Shown: piece after piece, positions 1 to 8,441 of the stretch
Position numbering within the stretch: the stretch's first letter is position 1
Layout of the letters: the number at the start of each line of letters is the position of its first letter
Origin: Pseudomonadota bacterium
GTDB lineage: Bacteria; Bdellovibrionota; FAC87; UBA2466
DNA: 27,185 bases
NCBI GenBank assembly: GCA_043767805.1
Contig: JAYUGC010000125.1
Span: 1-27,185 of the forward strand
Direction: 5' to 3'
Program-made: the position numbers and the translations under genes
Notes under the pieces: model-generated
Databases searched by the model: none
Told to the model about the DNA's origin: nothing
Seen by the model: only the letters and a program-made list of their open reading frames with translations

Positions 1-63
1 GATTGCTGGTAACCATTCCCCGCTAAACCCCAGATGCAGACTCAATAAGGGGAAGTAAAAAAA

Positions 64-245
64 CTTCCCCATCTCGAGGCCGTGGTCATTAAAGCTCATA
101 ACCTGTGTAAAAACACGTGGTCGCCCCGGTTAATGCTTTAGGCTTCCTGCCGAAGCAGGCATGCACACCGCACTAAGAGAGGGCTACCGGTTAAGAACTC
201 GTAGGTCAGAGCATTTTTCTGACTCACGCACCAGACAGGGAAGCC
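64..245 (-). ncRNA. ssrS: 6S RNA
   Basis: ~180 nt on the minus strand, closed by 5'-CUUCCC...GGGAAG-3'. It contains the motifs GGUGUGCAUGCC...GGAAGCCUAAAG and CAGGUU...CACGGC that I recognise from deltaproteobacterial 6S RNAs. A sigma70 promoter lies directly upstream. Confidence 0.88.
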
Positions 246-251
246 TCTACC

Positions 252-280
252 ATTATCCCAAAAACTGGCTACCCGTCCAA
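252..280 (-). promoter_or_regulatory. sigma70-type promoter of 6S RNA
   Basis: TTGGAC (280-275), 17-nt spacer, GATAAT (257-252). The predicted start at ~246-244 matches the 6S 5' end. Confidence 0.75.
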
Positions 281-316
281 GTCCCTTCCCGCTAAATCGG
301 GAAATCTAAGAGATCC

Positions 317-736
317 TTATACTTCCGCGCTTTTACCCGCGGTCGTATCCGAATCCTGCATGACCCCGCCCCGCTTCTCCAGGCCGTCAAGCTTGGAGTT
401 CAGAGCCTTCACTTTGGTCTCGAGCTCGCGGATGACATCGAGTTGATTGCCATCCGTGTTCTTGGACAAGAAAGAGCTGAAGGACCCATCACCGTGCTGG
501 ATGATGTGGCGAAGCGTGGAGATAGGCACAGGCATATCGGACCGCTTCTGCTTCTCGAAAATGATCTGAGTGAGCGTCGCAGCGGTGATGTCTTTTTGAT
601 TGCGGTTATCCACAACCGTGACCTCTTCACCCTGTTGGATCATCTCGGCAATTTCATCCAACGTGACGTAACAGCTGGCGTCCGTATCGTACAGTTTACG
701 ATTCTGATAACGCTTAATGATCTTGGCCTTCTCCAT
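317..736 (-). CDS. PhaR-type (polyhydroxyalkanoate synthesis regulator) DNA-binding domain protein
   Basis: N-terminal IIKRYQNRKLYDT..SCYVTL..I..MI..GEEVTVVD...KDIT..TL.QIIFE is the PHB_acc_N signature, followed by a C-terminal coiled coil. Confidence 0.9.
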   Translation of the reverse strand: MEKAKIIKRYQNRKLYDTDASCYVTLDEIAEMIQQGEEVTVVDNRNQKDITAATLTQIIFEKQKRSDMPVPISTLRHIIQHGDGSFSSFLSKNTDGNQLDVIRELETKVKALNSKLDGLEKRGGVMQDSDTTAGKSAEV

Positions 737-999
737 GATTTACCCCCAACCTAATTTGTGAATGACCGAAGGAAGGTGAAAAACATCCGAATCCCAGGGT
801 CGCTTTTACAACTTCCACTCCTGCAGCCACTTCCCAAAGCGACTGCAGTTCCCTATGCTCAACTATTTAACTTTCTAGGGTTCTAGAACCAAAGCGACGG
901 GACCGAACTATTATCCCCATCCCCCATCCGATGTGCGGCGGTCCGTTTCGGCCTTTCCCAAAGGGCCCGGATCCCAGCGCACTGCCGATTATGGTCCAC

Positions 1000-1028
1000 A
1001 TTGTTGGAGCGGCGCCCCTGACTGTCAA
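1000..1028 (-). promoter_or_regulatory. putative sigma70 promoter for the PhaR-type gene (implies a ~255-nt leader)
   Basis: TTGACA (1028-1023), 17-nt spacer, AACAAT (1005-1000). Confidence 0.55.
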
Positions 1029-1135
1029 TAGGATTTTTGAGCGCCGTTCCGTAAAATGACGACGCCCGAAAACACAGAGCCTAAGCGGCTTTGCGAGTGT
1101 CTCGGTGCGAGAGACGCGGAGCCCTAGCGGGGGAG

Positions 1136-1567
1136 CTAGACTAGCTGTTCGCGAAGGAGCGTTTTGAGGTCGAGCCAGCCCTGAGGTTTCGGCCGGGATT
1201 GCGCGGCCTGAAGGTCGGAAACCGTCGGAACGGGCTCCTGAGGAGGCTGCTGGGGAACGAGAGCTTCCTTCAATTCCTGTTCTTCGCGGCTATTGCCGGA
1301 AGAGTTCAAGGCGTTCGAGCCTTGGGTCAGAATGCCCTTCGCTTCTTCGCAAATACCGTGAAGCGCGCGGAGCTGTTCTTGAAGCTGAGTCCGGAGCGCG
1401 TTCCATTCCTGCTCGTGCCGCGCGCCGTGAGATTCGAGTACGTTCAGACAAGCGGTGACCCGATCTTTTTCCGTCTTCTCCCGGCGGTAGGCTTGGTACC
1501 ACACCACCGCGATCGCGAGCAGTCCCACGTCTAAGAAAGCTTGCACCACACCCAGCGCTAACATCAT
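1136..1567 (-). CDS. hypothetical membrane-anchored coiled-coil protein at the end of the pil operon
   Basis: N-terminal hydrophobic helix followed by a charged heptad-like region. It lies 25 nt downstream of pilQ with a G-rich RBS-like sequence. Confidence 0.7.
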   Translation of the reverse strand: MMLALGVVQAFLDVGLLAIAVVWYQAYRREKTEKDRVTACLNVLESHGARHEQEWNALRTQLQEQLRALHGICEEAKGILTQGSNALNSSGNSREEQELKEALVPQQPPQEPVPTVSDLQAAQSRPKPQGWLDLKTLLREQLV

Positions 1568-1592
1568 GGAAACAACCCCCCGGTTGCTAAAA

Positions 1593-3980
1593 CTAGAAGC
1601 TACGTTTGAAGGCCTCTTCCGCGTTCATGATTTTCGCCGTCAAGAAGACGAAAACCTCGTTGCGGGTATCTAAATAAGAATCGGAAGACACGAAGAAACC
1701 CAGGATCGGAACTCGCATCAGGAACGGAATACCGGATTTAATCGACGTGACGTTGTTCGAGAAGATACTGCCGACGACGGCGGTGTCGCCGTTCTCGATG
1801 AGCACCTGGGTCTCGACGTTACGCGTATCGATCTGGATGCTGCCTTCCGCGCCGTTGGGAAGCGTCGGGATTTCGTTGGTGACCCGGATTTGCATGAAGA
1901 TGGTGCCGTCGCCGGCCACGATCGGCGTGACCGAAAGGTTCAAGGTGGCGTTCACCTGCTGCAGACCTTCGGTGAGCGTGCCGCCCGCGGTAACCGAAGT
2001 TACCCGGCGCACGATGGAGAAGGTTTGCGAGATGTTAGCCGCCTGGTTCGCCACCACCGACACCGCCGGATTGGCTAACGTCTTTACCTTGTTCTCGGTC
2101 TCCGCCATGGAGAAGATGGCGACGAGGTTCGCGAAATCCGGCGCGGAAATCGACGTATTGCTGACCGATCCGGTCGCGCCGGGGCTGATGTTCTGGGTAA
2201 GGTTCAAGCCCGCGAGATCGCCCTCGAAACGAATGGAGTTAAAGCCGATGTCGCGCGAGAAGGTCGAGCGCATTTCCACGAAGCGCGCGGAGATCGAAAC
2301 CCGCGGCGGCTGCGTATCGAGCGCGCTGAAGAGCTTTTGGATCCGGTCCGTGGCCTTTCTCACGTCCTTCACGATGACCGTATTGGTGCGGACATCGACG
2401 TCGATCGTACCGCGTTCGGTGAGGAAGTTGCGACCCTGCTGGGAAAGCTCGTTGGCTTTCGCGTAGCTGACCGGAATGAGGACCGTGCGCAGCGGTTCGA
2501 CGGCGATTTTGGCGCGCTCGTTAGCCAGAGATTCGCTCTTCTCCGTCTGCAAGCCGCCCAAAGTTCCGACCCGCAGCACGTTGCCCTGCCGGATGTAGCC
2601 GAGCTTTTTCGTTTGAAGAACCAGGGCAAAGGCCTGATCCCAGGGAATGTTCTCGAGGCTGAGCGTTCCGACTTTCCCGGAGACGTCGTCACCAACCACG
2701 ATGTTGTAGCCGCTGGTGCGCGCAATCAGGCGAAGCACGTCCTGAACGTCGCTGTTCTTGATTTCCAGGCGGCGGATCAAGCGGCCCGTGTAATTCTGCC
2801 CGCCGGAGTAGATGTTTTCTTCCGACGCGACGATTTCATCTTCCTTGCCGACGACCAGGCGAGGCTCGCCGTCTTTCGTCGGAGGCCCAAAATCGATGTA
2901 TAGGCCGCGATCACTCGGAATGACCGACGGAGCGATGTCTTCCCGGAGCTGCACGATGAGCTTACTCGCGGGAGTCGCGCCGTTGCCCGTCTGCAAGAGC
3001 GTGAAGAGCGCGACGGGACTCGCGAACTCGGTGGTGTCGTACGCGCGCTGGAGCTTCTCGGCCGCGCCCGTGTTCTCGAAATAGTAAACAACCTGTTTCA
3101 TGCCAGGATTTTTCACTTCCCGGTAGGTCAAGGGAGAGCGCGAGCTCACCAAGATGCGGGAGTTCGCCCCGTCCATCTTGAACTCGAGATTGGTGATGTC
3201 GTTTCTGAGCGCGGGGTTGGCGCCCGGCACTTCGGCGAAATCGTCGGCGGCGGTCGCGCGGCTCGACTTCGTGCCCTGCTTGGTGAAATCGTCGGCGGGA
3301 AGCTCGGTGAGCTCCGGATCGACGGCGTCCGTTGCCGTACTTGCTTCCTCGGTATCGGGCGCCCGGCGTGCTTCCCGGCGAGGAGCGGGCTTTTGGTCGG
3401 CCAACTCTTCCATCTCATCGAGAGAAGGATCCTCGGAGGCCGCCGCCCGGCGAGGCGGAGTGCGCTTCGACTGCGGCTCGTCGGCCGGCATGCCGAGAGC
3501 GTCGTCATCGATGGAAATCTCTTCTTCGGGAGCGGGATCACGAACCGCTTGGCGCGCGCTGTTTTGGAGCGCGCTACGGCGGCCGTTCCCGCTGCCGCGC
3601 TCGGAAGGCGCGGGCTCATCGTCTAAAACGGTGATGTCATCTTCGGCGCCGATGGAAACCGGATCGCTTTTCGCGGCACTGCGCGGGGTGCTCTCGCCGA
3701 GCTCCTTGGCCTCTTCTTCTTCAATGACTTTTTCGAGCTCGACCAGGGAATCGTCTTTGCCTTTCACCCGGCCGCCGCCGCCGCCACCACGCACGGGCTC
3801 ACTGCTCAAATCCTCGATGTCCGGAGTTTCCTCGGCAATGAGGCGGCCGCGAGAGGTGGACGTGACCGACGGAGACAATACGAGGCTATACAGCAGCGTC
3901 CAGAAAACGACTTTGCGCCACACACTTCGGCGCTCCGTTGCAGTGGCGTGTGGCATAGATTCTCCCAAGAACCGCTTCAT
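1593..3980 (-). CDS. pilQ: type IV pilus secretin PilQ
   Basis: N0 domain (DVQDVLRLIA..SGYNIVVGDDVSGKV..LSLENIPWDQA), N-domain (IPVSYAKA..RGTIDVDVRTNTVIVKD) and secretin C-terminus (GIPFLMRVPILGFF). It follows pilMNOP. Confidence 0.95.
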   Translation of the reverse strand: MKRFLGESMPHATATERRSVWRKVVFWTLLYSLVLSPSVTSTSRGRLIAEETPDIEDLSSEPVRGGGGGGRVKGKDDSLVELEKVIEEEEAKELGESTPRSAAKSDPVSIGAEDDITVLDDEPAPSERGSGNGRRSALQNSARQAVRDPAPEEEISIDDDALGMPADEPQSKRTPPRRAAASEDPSLDEMEELADQKPAPRREARRAPDTEEASTATDAVDPELTELPADDFTKQGTKSSRATAADDFAEVPGANPALRNDITNLEFKMDGANSRILVSSRSPLTYREVKNPGMKQVVYYFENTGAAEKLQRAYDTTEFASPVALFTLLQTGNGATPASKLIVQLREDIAPSVIPSDRGLYIDFGPPTKDGEPRLVVGKEDEIVASEENIYSGGQNYTGRLIRRLEIKNSDVQDVLRLIARTSGYNIVVGDDVSGKVGTLSLENIPWDQAFALVLQTKKLGYIRQGNVLRVGTLGGLQTEKSESLANERAKIAVEPLRTVLIPVSYAKANELSQQGRNFLTERGTIDVDVRTNTVIVKDVRKATDRIQKLFSALDTQPPRVSISARFVEMRSTFSRDIGFNSIRFEGDLAGLNLTQNISPGATGSVSNTSISAPDFANLVAIFSMAETENKVKTLANPAVSVVANQAANISQTFSIVRRVTSVTAGGTLTEGLQQVNATLNLSVTPIVAGDGTIFMQIRVTNEIPTLPNGAEGSIQIDTRNVETQVLIENGDTAVVGSIFSNNVTSIKSGIPFLMRVPILGFFVSSDSYLDTRNEVFVFLTAKIMNAEEAFKRSF

Positions 3981-3991
3981 AAATATCGCCT

Positions 3992-4711
3992 TTAGTAGGC
4001 CAGCCCCTTACCCGACCCGCCCCGTACCGTCGTCGAAGACGGAGCCGGAGGGGGAGGAGGCGCCGCCCCGAAAGTTTTGATATTCGCAAACCCATTTCCC
4101 GAAGGCGGAGCCGCTGGAGCCGCTGGAGCCGCTGGGGCCGCTGGCGCGGAGCGCTCTTGAGTCACGATGCGAATGACCCTATTCAAAGCCGTTGGCTCGG
4201 AGTCCGTGCGTGCGCCGCCAGTGCCGGCGCCGGTCTTGCTCTTGGACCCACCCGTGTTCGGAGCTACAGAGCCCTGATCGACGTCGTCTTCCGACGGCAA
4301 AGAAAGTACTCGCTCAAATAGACTCGTCACGCCGAGATAATTCACGGTGCGCTCGGTGACGATAACCTCGCGGTTCAAGATGCGGCTCACCGTACCTCGT
4401 TCGCGCCCGAGCAAAGTGCCCTCGGTGACGATGTGCACGCGGCCTTCCGGGTCCTCGAACATCGCCTGCGCGGTCGCGGTGCCCCTCAGGATGGCGCGCA
4501 GCTGAAACTGTTCGAGCCCGAACTTTTCGAGCGGGTTGATGGCGGACAAGTCCCGCCCGGTGCCGTCGCCGGAGCTGGGACGCTTAAAGGGATCCCGCTT
4601 GCCGATGGGCACGTAGACCGTGCCCTCGTCGGCGCGGCCAACGGAGTCCGCGCGCGCGCCGAGGCAGGCGAGAGAAAGCAAGAGGGCAAACTGGCGGTAA
4701 GCTAATTTCAT
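3992..4711 (-). CDS. pilP: type IV pilus assembly protein PilP
   Basis: GKRDPF...PLEKFGLEQFQLRAIL...AMFEDPEG...G..LGRERGTV..I signature. Its ATG overlaps the pilO stop, and it has a Pro/Ala-rich tail. Confidence 0.92.
   Translation of the reverse strand: MKLAYRQFALLLSLACLGARADSVGRADEGTVYVPIGKRDPFKRPSSGDGTGRDLSAINPLEKFGLEQFQLRAILRGTATAQAMFEDPEGRVHIVTEGTLLGRERGTVSRILNREVIVTERTVNYLGVTSLFERVLSLPSEDDVDQGSVAPNTGGSKSKTGAGTGGARTDSEPTALNRVIRIVTQERSAPAAPAAPAAPAAPPSGNGFANIKTFGAAPPPPPAPSSTTVRGGSGKGLAY
4107..4144. repeat. 4 x 9-bp in-frame tandem repeat (GGAGCCGCT) in the pilP tail
   Basis: Three exact copies and one near-exact copy, encoding the Pro-Ala-Ala run. Confidence 0.9.
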
Positions 4712-5289
4712 TCAGCGAATCGGTAGGTCACGAGGGTTCCGCTGGCATGGACTCGGGAAGCTCCATTGCGATCGGTGCGGATTTCCACCGCCGTTTGGGA
4801 CGGCTCGATACTGATGCCCGCCACGTTGATGATGCGCTTGAGGCGCGAGACCTGATCGAGGAATAAGAGGCACTGCGCGAACGCGCCGTTGACCTCGAAA
4901 ACGATGTTGGTGGTGGCGTAAAAAGCGCCTTCCGCGCGCTTTTCTTCCGTATCCGGATTGAACTGTACGAGCTCCACTCCGGAATTTTGCGCAAGCGCGG
5001 TCAATCGCCGCAAAAGCTCGGCCAGCCGGAAGTCGGGAGGCATGTAGTCGAGCGCGGTTTTCAGCTGCAGGCTCAGCTCCCGCAATTCGCCTTTGATGGA
5101 CTCGATGTTCTGAACGAACGTGCGCAGTCTCTGGTACTCGCCCTGTTTGCCGCTGAACTCACTTTCCAAAACGATGCGGTCCTGCACGAGCGCGGGCACC
5201 TCGACCGTATAGAAATCGAAGAACTCGTATCCGGTATAGGCGAAGCCCAGAAAAATCAGGACACCGGCTAGTCTTACCTTTGGGTCCAC
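4708..5289 (-). CDS. pilO: type IV pilus assembly protein PilO
   Basis: TM helix, coiled coil, then LAELL..L..LAQNSGVELVQFNP...FY...G.F....FLDQVSRLKRIINV. Start re-called at GTG 5289, just after the pilN stop and with GGGGAGG upstream. Confidence 0.9.
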   Translation of the reverse strand: MDPKVRLAGVLIFLGFAYTGYEFFDFYTVEVPALVQDRIVLESEFSGKQGEYQRLRTFVQNIESIKGELRELSLQLKTALDYMPPDFRLAELLRRLTALAQNSGVELVQFNPDTEEKRAEGAFYATTNIVFEVNGAFAQCLLFLDQVSRLKRIINVAGISIEPSQTAVEIRTDRNGASRVHASGTLVTYRFAE

Positions 5290-5290
5290 G

Positions 5291-6103
5291 TTAATTACCC
5301 TCCCCTGCCGCCGCCGCCGCCGCACCCGGCGAGCCTCCAGGAGATCCCGCCACATTGCGCGCGTCCGGCGCGGGGACGGCTTCCGCCGGCGCCGCGCCCG
5401 CATTGCCCACGGCCACTGGCGCCGCGGCGCGCACCGTAGCGGGCGCCATCATGGGCTTCACCTTGGGCGTCACGTTGACGATGAACTGTTTCACCTCGAG
5501 GGTGCTGACGATTTGCTTGTTCACGCTCTTCAAAACCGCTTCCGAGATGAAGACCGATTTCTGAAGCGCGTCGATGTAATCGGATATGTCTTCGTTGGCG
5601 TAGGCTTGCCCGATCAGCACGATCTCGGCCTTCGGCCCATCGAGCTTCATGTCGGTTTTAACCAGCCAGGCTCGCTTGGGAAGCGCTTGTCCTATGGCAT
5701 CGAGAACTGAGACCGGGGCGTTGCGGTTGGTGAGCAGCTGCCGCACGATATCCAGGCGATCCCGCACCAGCTTTTTCTGCGCCTCGTAGCTTTCCAGCTC
5801 GCGCTTGTAAGGAAGCAGGCGCTCCGTTTCCTGATTGAGCACGGTCAGCTTGTCCCGGATCTCTTTGACCCTTTGGTTCTGCTGCTCGACGACAAAAGAC
5901 CGGTACTGCTGAAAAAAGAGATGCGGTAGCAACGCCAGGGCGCCCGCCACCGCGAAGACGACCGCGGTTCGCGCGCCAATCGTGGCTTTGCCAAGGCCCT
6001 TGCCCAGCTTGCCGCCGGACTTGCCCTTACCCAGGGACAAGAGCTTACCGAGCTTGCTCTTGCCGCGCTGGACGTCGTCTTTGCCTAAGTCGACGCGAAT
6101 CAT
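5291..6103 (-). CDS. pilN: type IV pilus assembly protein PilN
   Basis: MIRVDL N-terminus (variant of INLL), TM helix, coiled coil and LDAIGQALPKRAWL...GQA..NEDISDYI. Located between pilM and pilO. Confidence 0.88.
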   Translation of the reverse strand: MIRVDLGKDDVQRGKSKLGKLLSLGKGKSGGKLGKGLGKATIGARTAVVFAVAGALALLPHLFFQQYRSFVVEQQNQRVKEIRDKLTVLNQETERLLPYKRELESYEAQKKLVRDRLDIVRQLLTNRNAPVSVLDAIGQALPKRAWLVKTDMKLDGPKAEIVLIGQAYANEDISDYIDALQKSVFISEAVLKSVNKQIVSTLEVKQFIVNVTPKVKPMMAPATVRAAAPVAVGNAGAAPAEAVPAPDARNVAGSPGGSPGAAAAAAGEGN

Positions 6104-7182
6104 CCGCCTTCTCCCGTCGTCCTGAGCGCGAGGCCGATGGCGACCGATCCTAGATAGGAAAGCTCGCGAATGGCTTGAGAGTTCATTTTCTTGCCGGAGC
6201 CGGCGATGCCTTGAATCGGGTTCAAGGCTTGAATGGGCGCGGGCAACTTGGCTTCCAAAGCCTGCGCCAATCCCGCGGTGCGAGAAGCGCCGCCACAGAC
6301 GAAGACGCCGGTGATGGATTTTCCCGCCGCTTGGCTGATGTAGAAATCGAGAGTGCGCGAGATCTCGTCGACCAGGCCCGAGATGTAATCGTTCATCACG
6401 CTCTTGATGTTGCCCTTGGTCGCTTCCATGATTTTCGCTTTTTCCGCGTCCATCAGGTTCAAGCCGAGCTGCTGACTCAAGTGCTGCGTCATGCCGAGGC
6501 CCGACTGGCGGACCTCGCGGGTGAAGGTGGTCTTGTCGCCCTCCACCACGGAAAGCTTCGTGCTGCCCGCGCCGAAATCGATGATGACGCTCACCCCGCC
6601 GCCGTCCGAGGACCCGAGCAGATGCCCGTAGTTGAACTCGAAAGCGTTACCCAAAGCGAAAGCCTGGTTATCGACGACATCCGGCTCGAGTCCCGCTTCC
6701 TGAATGAGGGCCGTGAGGTTGTTCACATAGTCCTTTTTGGCGGCCACTAGGAGGACGTCCATCTTGGGCGCCTCCCCTTCGGTCTTGGCCGAAGGGCCCA
6801 GAATCGCAAAATCCAAGTTCACTTCGTTGATATTGAAAGGGATATACTGCTCGGCCTCGAAGTAGAGCTGATGCCCCAGGTCTTCCACCGACATGCGCGC
6901 GGTTTGAATCTTCTTGGTCATGATGGACTTGCCTGAAGCTCCCACCGCGACCCGTTTCGTACTGAATCCTTTGAACGAGAAAAGTTTTTTCAGCGCAGCC
7001 ACTACAACGGACCGCTCGATGATGTCGCCGTCCATGGAAAGCGCTTCCGGCGGAAGCGGAATCCGGTTGTAAGCAACGAGCCTCGGACTTTTACCACTGG
7101 TCAGTTCAACGGCCTTGATCCCGGACACTCCGATATCCAGTCCTACGAGCTGAGACGCGAACAAAGATGAGAAAAATCCCAT
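6100..7182 (-). CDS. pilM: type IV pilus assembly protein PilM
   Basis: VGLDIG...IKAVEL, EAEQYIPF..EVNLDF, VLLVAAKK, IDFGAGST and CGGASR actin-like motifs. Confidence 0.96.
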   Translation of the reverse strand: MGFFSSLFASQLVGLDIGVSGIKAVELTSGKSPRLVAYNRIPLPPEALSMDGDIIERSVVVAALKKLFSFKGFSTKRVAVGASGKSIMTKKIQTARMSVEDLGHQLYFEAEQYIPFNINEVNLDFAILGPSAKTEGEAPKMDVLLVAAKKDYVNNLTALIQEAGLEPDVVDNQAFALGNAFEFNYGHLLGSSDGGGVSVIIDFGAGSTKLSVVEGDKTTFTREVRQSGLGMTQHLSQQLGLNLMDAEKAKIMEATKGNIKSVMNDYISGLVDEISRTLDFYISQAAGKSITGVFVCGGASRTAGLAQALEAKLPAPIQALNPIQGIAGSGKKMNSQAIRELSYLGSVAIGLALRTTGEGG

Positions 7183-7211
7183 GGGTCGCTCTTGGCGGGC
7201 CTTTTAGTCTT

Positions 7212-7224
7212 TAAGTTGTTGATT
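7212..7224 (-). promoter_or_regulatory. IHF-like site upstream of pilM
   Basis: AATCAACAACTTA is an exact match to WATCAAN4TTR. Confidence 0.55.
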
Positions 7225-7261
7225 GCCGCGGAAAGCGCGGAGGTGGATTGGGGCTGGTTTA

Positions 7262-7289
7262 ATTATACCGGGTACTTGGGATTTTCCAA
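7262..7289 (-). promoter_or_regulatory. putative sigma70 promoter of pilMNOPQ
   Basis: TTGGAA, 16-nt spacer, TATAAT. Confidence 0.55.
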
Positions 7290-7306
7290 AGTAGGCAAAG
7301 TCAGGA

Positions 7307-7783
7307 CTATGACAAAGGCTCGATTAGCTCCTGCCCTCGCTCGGCGATTTGGGTATTGGCGAGAACGTCTCCAAGACGCACGCCGGAATCGACCGAGAGC
7401 AGAATGAAAAGCTCGAGGGCGAGCAGCGGAACGGCGAAAACGAGAAAGAAAATCCACAGAAGCGGCGCGGAGGCTAGAAAAAGCGCAAGCACAAACGGCA
7501 GGTTACGAACGCAAGAGGCGCCCAGGTCGCAGCCGGTGGAGGTCGCGTAATCCTCGACGCGAAGGCCCAAAATCTTTTTCCCGACGCTCTGCCCCTCTGA
7601 AAAACCATCCGACGCGGCGCAATATCCGCAAGCGAAAAGAACGCCCACGGGCCACCATAACGCCTTGCCCAAAATGAGGAGCGCCACCGCGATGAGGCTA
7701 TCGATGCCACGCGCCAGGAGGCGGTTGAAGAGGGAAGTGCGCCGCTCCCCTAACAAAATGTTTTGACGTGGCAGAGGCTCCAT
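7307..7783 (-). CDS. RDD family membrane protein
   Basis: RLLARGID...GQSVGKKILGLRV...RN...RLGDVLANTQI motifs. Confidence 0.9.
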   Translation of the reverse strand: MEPLPRQNILLGERRTSLFNRLLARGIDSLIAVALLILGKALWWPVGVLFACGYCAASDGFSEGQSVGKKILGLRVEDYATSTGCDLGASCVRNLPFVLALFLASAPLLWIFFLVFAVPLLALELFILLSVDSGVRLGDVLANTQIAERGQELIEPLS

Positions 7784-7907
7784 GAAAATCCCCGAGAGCA
7801 GCCCTGCGCGGGCAAGACAAAGAGATCGGCGCGCTCCCCTAAGCTGCTTGACTGTAGTCTACCGCGACTCTTAGAACACTAGAAAATAAACACGGAGTCG
7901 AAGTCTT

Positions 7908-8378
7908 ATGGCGAGTGGCGTTAATAAAGTAATTTTGATTGGTCGGTTGGGTAACGATCCCGAGGTTCGGTACACGAGCAACGGCGGCGCGGTGGCGAAT
8001 TTCAACGTCGCGACCAACGAGTCGTGGGTCGATAAAGCCGGCGCGAAGCAAGAGCGCACGGAGTGGCACCGGGTCGTGGTCTGGGGCAAGCTCGGCGAGC
8101 TCTGCGGTCAGTATCTTTCCAAAGGCCGTCAGGCTTTCGTGGAAGGCCGCTTGCAAACCCGTGAGTGGACCGACAAAGAAGGCCACAAGAAGTACACGAC
8201 GGAGATCGTCGCGCAGAACATTCAGTTCCTCGGCGGACCCGGTGACAGACCGGGACAGGCTGCGGGCGCGGGCTCGAGCGATTTCGCTCCCGGTCCTTCG
8301 GACTTTGAAGGCGGCGGCCCGGCGGGCGGCCCTGGCAAAGCCGGCGGCGGTATGGCCGACGACGAAGTCCCGTTCTAG
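7908..8378 (+). CDS. ssb: single-stranded DNA-binding protein
   Basis: [36 protein letters not shown] and the acidic DDEVPF tail. Confidence 0.98.
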   Translation: MASGVNKVILIGRLGNDPEVRYTSNGGAVANFNVATNESWVDKAGAKQERTEWHRVVVWGKLGELCGQYLSKGRQAFVEGRLQTREWTDKEGHKKYTTEIVAQNIQFLGGPGDRPGQAAGAGSSDFAPGPSDFEGGGPAGGPGKAGGGMADDEVPF

Positions 8379-8401
8379 CCCATATTTTTTCAAAGGCTTT
8401 G

Positions 8402-8435
8402 AAAGGCCGCTTCCTCTTTGGGGGAGCGGCCTTTT
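8402..8435. terminator. bidirectional intrinsic terminator between ssb and hemW
   Basis: AAAGGCCGCTTCC...GGGAGCGGCCTTTT hairpin flanked by A/T runs between convergent genes. Confidence 0.85.
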
Positions 8436-8441
8436 GCCGTT

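Noticed and set aside
1..16. Start of a minus-strand gene (MVTSN...) downstream of 6S RNA
   Set aside because: Only five codons are visible, so it cannot be identified.
1060..1130. Possible c-di-GMP-I riboswitch (minus-strand CGCAAAGCC after a small stem)
   Set aside because: It lacks the upstream GGCAAA-type motif, the GNRA tetraloop and the P3 receptor stem.
1747..4080. Long antisense ORFs over pilQ (and similar ones over hemW, ssb, DUF72 and astacin)
   Set aside because: These are shadow ORFs typical of high-GC coding DNA, with no recognisable motifs.
5290..5403. Extended N-termini in the ORF track for pilO (also hemW 9698, rfbC 13635, methyltransferase 24361, HNH-type 26541)
   Set aside because: The extensions overlap neighbouring genes or hairpins and precede the family-typical N-termini. 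Downstream starts fit better.
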